A model generated the notes under the pieces. It searched no databases, was not told the DNA's origin, and saw nothing but the letters and a program-made list of their open reading frames with translations. A stretch of 64,000 bases of DNA, taken from NCBI GenBank assembly GCA_010356995.1, contig ML996687.1, positions 63,803 to 127,802 of the forward strand, in the 5' to 3' direction. Positions 61,247-64,000 of this stretch are shown here, one piece after another; the first letter of the stretch is position 1; each line of letters begins with the position of its first letter. This DNA is from Trichodelitschia bisporula. Its lineage: Eukaryota. Position numbers and translations under genes: made by a program.

Positions 61247-61639
61247 ATGCGCGCCACCGCCCTCTTCGCTCTGTTTTCTACAGCGACCGCAGTCCCCCAA
61301 CTCGCGTTCTACTACAATCTAGCCGGGCAATTCAACTGCGACGGCGTCGCGCTGGGGACGCGCACGCTTACGGCCGAGTGTCTCGATGTTAGTCAGGTGC
61401 AGTTTGGGCTTTTGGGGAAGCGGTGGAGTGCGATGAGTGGGAAGGCGCTTAAGGGGTGCAGTGGTGAGTTGAGCTTCCAGGTTGGGGTTGAGGGGTGGTT
61501 GTGGTTGGATGGGGCTAATGTGGGGGCAGTTGCTGCGTACGAAACGACGGATTGCTCCGGCGCGGCTGTGGTTAAGGCGCAGAGTGAGTGTTTTGAGGAT
61601 GATGGTGCGGATATCAAGGGGGCGAAGTTGGTGTGCTAG
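61247..61639 (+). CDS. Small secreted cysteine-rich protein (~108 aa, 6 Cys), 2 exons
   Basis: Signal peptide MRATALFALFSTATA; in-frame intron 61464-61529 (GTGAGT..CTAAT..CAG); ends in Cys. Confidence 0.8.
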   Translation: MRATALFALFSTATAVPQLAFYYNLAGQFNCDGVALGTRTLTAECLDVSQVQFGLLGKRWSAMSGKALKGCSGELSFQVGVEGWLWLDGANVGAVAAYETTDCSGAAVVKAQSECFEDDGADIKGAKLVC

Positions 61640-62062
61640 ATAAGAGGGGGTTAGGGGGAACACAAAGGCACAATGGGGTGTGGTGGACTGTGGCACAATG
61701 CTGTCGTTCCAGCGCGGGTTGGTGTTGGATACTTTGCTTCGGGGCGGGTGCTATAGTTGTCTAATGTATTGTCAGGCTTTGGGACGCAAGGCTGTGTTTT
61801 CGCAATGGATCTGCCTCCAGTGAGGTCTCCCCACGGAGTGCGTGATATCTTGCTGAAAGTGTTGAAATGCTGCAGCCTTGGACGTAACATCCATTTGATA
61901 TGTCAGACTGTGGAACTGCCACGGACAGCAAGAAAGTTGCCTGGTGGGCTCTATCCCGGATCACCAGTCACGCATGCAGTGTGGACTCATCTCAACGCCC
62001 AGAGGTTCGGCATTACCCAACACTATTCCGTTAGCTCAAACTCCAGTACCCAAAGCCTATAC

Positions 62063-62913
62063 TCAATCCCACTTCGTCGTCAACCCCCCCCTCGACTTAA
62101 CCTGCAACTTCTTCTCCTGCTCCGCCTCCTGCATCTTCCTCTGCCCCTCCGGCAGTAGTCTCCTCTCAAGCGTACACTTCACCCTCGCCCTGCCCCCCAC
62201 CTTCCTCCCCTGACTCAGATCATCCTCATACCGATCATAATACACCGCCCACTTCAACCCATCCTCGCGTTCCTCCTCCTCCACCACCACAAACCCATCA
62301 AAACCCTCCAATATCACATCCCTCTCATCCTTACTCCAGTCCCAGGGTCCGACGATGTGCTCGATGGATGTGCTCCTGTTCCCGTGCCGCAGTTCTAGCG
62401 TTTTTTTGTCCACGTAGATCCAGTTCAGCATCGGCGGGTCGTTGGAAATGGTGCTCACGAGCCCGAGTTCGGGCGGCGAGCGCGCGTCGTCTGGGTACTG
62501 GATGTAGAAGCCCGTGAACGGGTGCGGTGCCGGCCCTGTCTTCGCTGGCGCGGGCATACCCTCCTCATCCCTCGGCCAGAGCCAGACCTGCGCCGTCAGC
62601 ACCTTTTCCGAGCAGCAGCGAGGTCCTTCCGGTGGGTGGGGCGGAGGGAGGAGGAGGAGGAGGAGGAGGAGGAGGAGGGGGAGCGCAAGCCTACCTTATC
62701 ATGCCTGAGCACCACCATACACTTGGAAATCTCCTGCGCCTTAGGACTATCCCCCTCACACACGGCATCGATATAAAACTTAAACATGCGCGTCTCATTG
62801 TTCGCCTCCTCGTTGACGCGTTTTTGTTCCGCGACGCCTTCGGCCACACCGGTTACGACGGGGATGCCGGTTATGATGCCGCCGAAGAAGACGCCGAGGG
62901 GGATGAGGGCCAT
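62063..62913 (-). CDS. Conserved-type fungal hypothetical protein, 2 exons
   Basis: MALIPLG..TGVAEGVAEQK..VVLRHDK|VWLW..HPFTGFYIQYP..PPMLNWIYVDK; intron about 62587-62694. Confidence 0.8.
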
Positions 62914-63725
62914 GGTTGGGGGTGCTGTTGGTCGGAAATGGTGTTGGATCGGAGATGGGTGTTTTTGGGGTTGGAGGGGTATGGTTTCAGGATCGGAAGT
63001 GTGTTTTGAAGATCTGAAGATTGTGTTGCTGGAGTGGGGTTGTTGGGTGCGGGGTGCATTTGTGGAGGATCGACGAGGCTAGAGGCGTGACGTCATGTGG
63101 GCTGAGGGGCTGGTGGCCAACTTTGCTGCGCTAGGCGAGGCGCGGGTGCGCATAGTCGGGCCTAGAAAGAACTCCATGCAGGGCGTGGAATTGATCTCCT
63201 TGCATGCAGCCTTCTACAGTACGCCATCCAGAGCTTCAGCCTTCATCGTCGGCCGAACGAACCGAGTCCGAAAGCTCAAGCATAGCACCAACCCCACCAT
63301 ATCCCGAGTCCTGACATCTGCAGGAACAACAACCTTATTACCCACCCTCTAAGTAAACAAGCAATCTTCATCACTAATCGTCCAATATCCCGGCTCGAAC
63401 CCCACCGTCCCCCCCCCCTCACGTGACAACATCAACCCGAGACGCTGCAAAGCGGGCGGGAACGAGCCGCGCTACCGTCTTACCAACCGAGTACGCCGGC
63501 AATATGTACTTCATCTGTAGTCTATGCGTCCCGGTCCCTGGCGGCGCGCTGCCCGACCCGTGCACCGTTCGGCCACTCGCTCCCGTCGTTCGGACCTGAC
63601 GTCGCTTTCGTTCAGGGAAGTAGACTCATATGCGCTGCTCCGATCGGCTATGAACTAAATCGATGTATTTGTCCGCCTATTGCTGAGGATATTGGCCTCG
63701 TATACGCGCTGGGATGGTGTGGGGG

Positions 63726-63730
63726 TATAA
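63726..63730 (+). promoter_or_regulatory. Putative TATA box of the carboxylesterase gene
   Basis: TATAA about 90 nt upstream of ATG 63815. Confidence 0.4.
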
Positions 63731-63814
63731 GACGCGCTCGTCGGACGGCGGGTCCGGAGGTTAAGCTCTCAGGGCCATTCCTTCGTTACTACATTCTTTA
63801 TCACAGTTCCTGAC

Positions 63815-64000
63815 ATGGCCGCTCTCCTTGCCGGCCTCCTGACCTTCGCGCCCCTCGCGCTCGCCGCCCCCCAAGCTCCAGCCTCAGCGTTCCGCCCCGG
63901 CGGCCCCGTCGTCACGACAAGCGGGCACATCGTCGGGCAGGCCTCAAGCTGGCAACCCAGTGTAAGCGAGTACCTAGGCATCCCCTTTGCGCAACCGCCC
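63815..64000 (+). CDS. Secreted type-B carboxylesterase/lipase, 5' part (runs off the window)
   Basis: MAALLAGLLTFAPLALA signal peptide, VVTTSGHIVG, EYLGIPFAQPP. Not listed in the ORF track because it has no stop within the window. Confidence 0.88.
   Translation, partial: MAALLAGLLTFAPLALAAPQAPASAFRPGGPVVTTSGHIVGQASSWQPSVSEYLGIPFAQPP

Overview
Gene-dense, GC-rich eukaryotic DNA from a filamentous ascomycete (Pezizomycotina; short, mostly 43-70 nt spliceosomal introns with CTAAC/CTGAC branch sites). About 25 protein genes are supportable, mostly housekeeping: a Uds1-domain protein, MFS sugar porter, mitochondrial PheRS, dicarboxylate carrier, an Ama1/Cdc20-type APC/C activator, GH51 arabinofuranosidase, PRPP synthetase, RPS6, BBE-like FAD oxidase, MRPL24, PTH2, a BNA3-like aminotransferase, MGS1, RGP1, MRP49, a GET2-like protein, a bromodomain protein, a small secreted Cys-rich protein and the 5' end of a carboxylesterase. 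There is also an intron-containing tRNA-Tyr(GTA) and a 120-N gap. Three signals stand out. (1) The Ama1-like gene can only rebuild its conserved PFR|VLDAP junction through a 44-nt AT-AC intron with U2-type signals, in a two-intron cassette that works as a reading-frame switch. (2) A repeat-containing C2H2 zinc-finger gene is intact except for one in-frame TAG (possible A-to-I recoding, or RIP) and sits next to a decayed paralog. (3) MRP49 has a 3-nt micro-exon. All gene models were derived by eye; no database searches were run.
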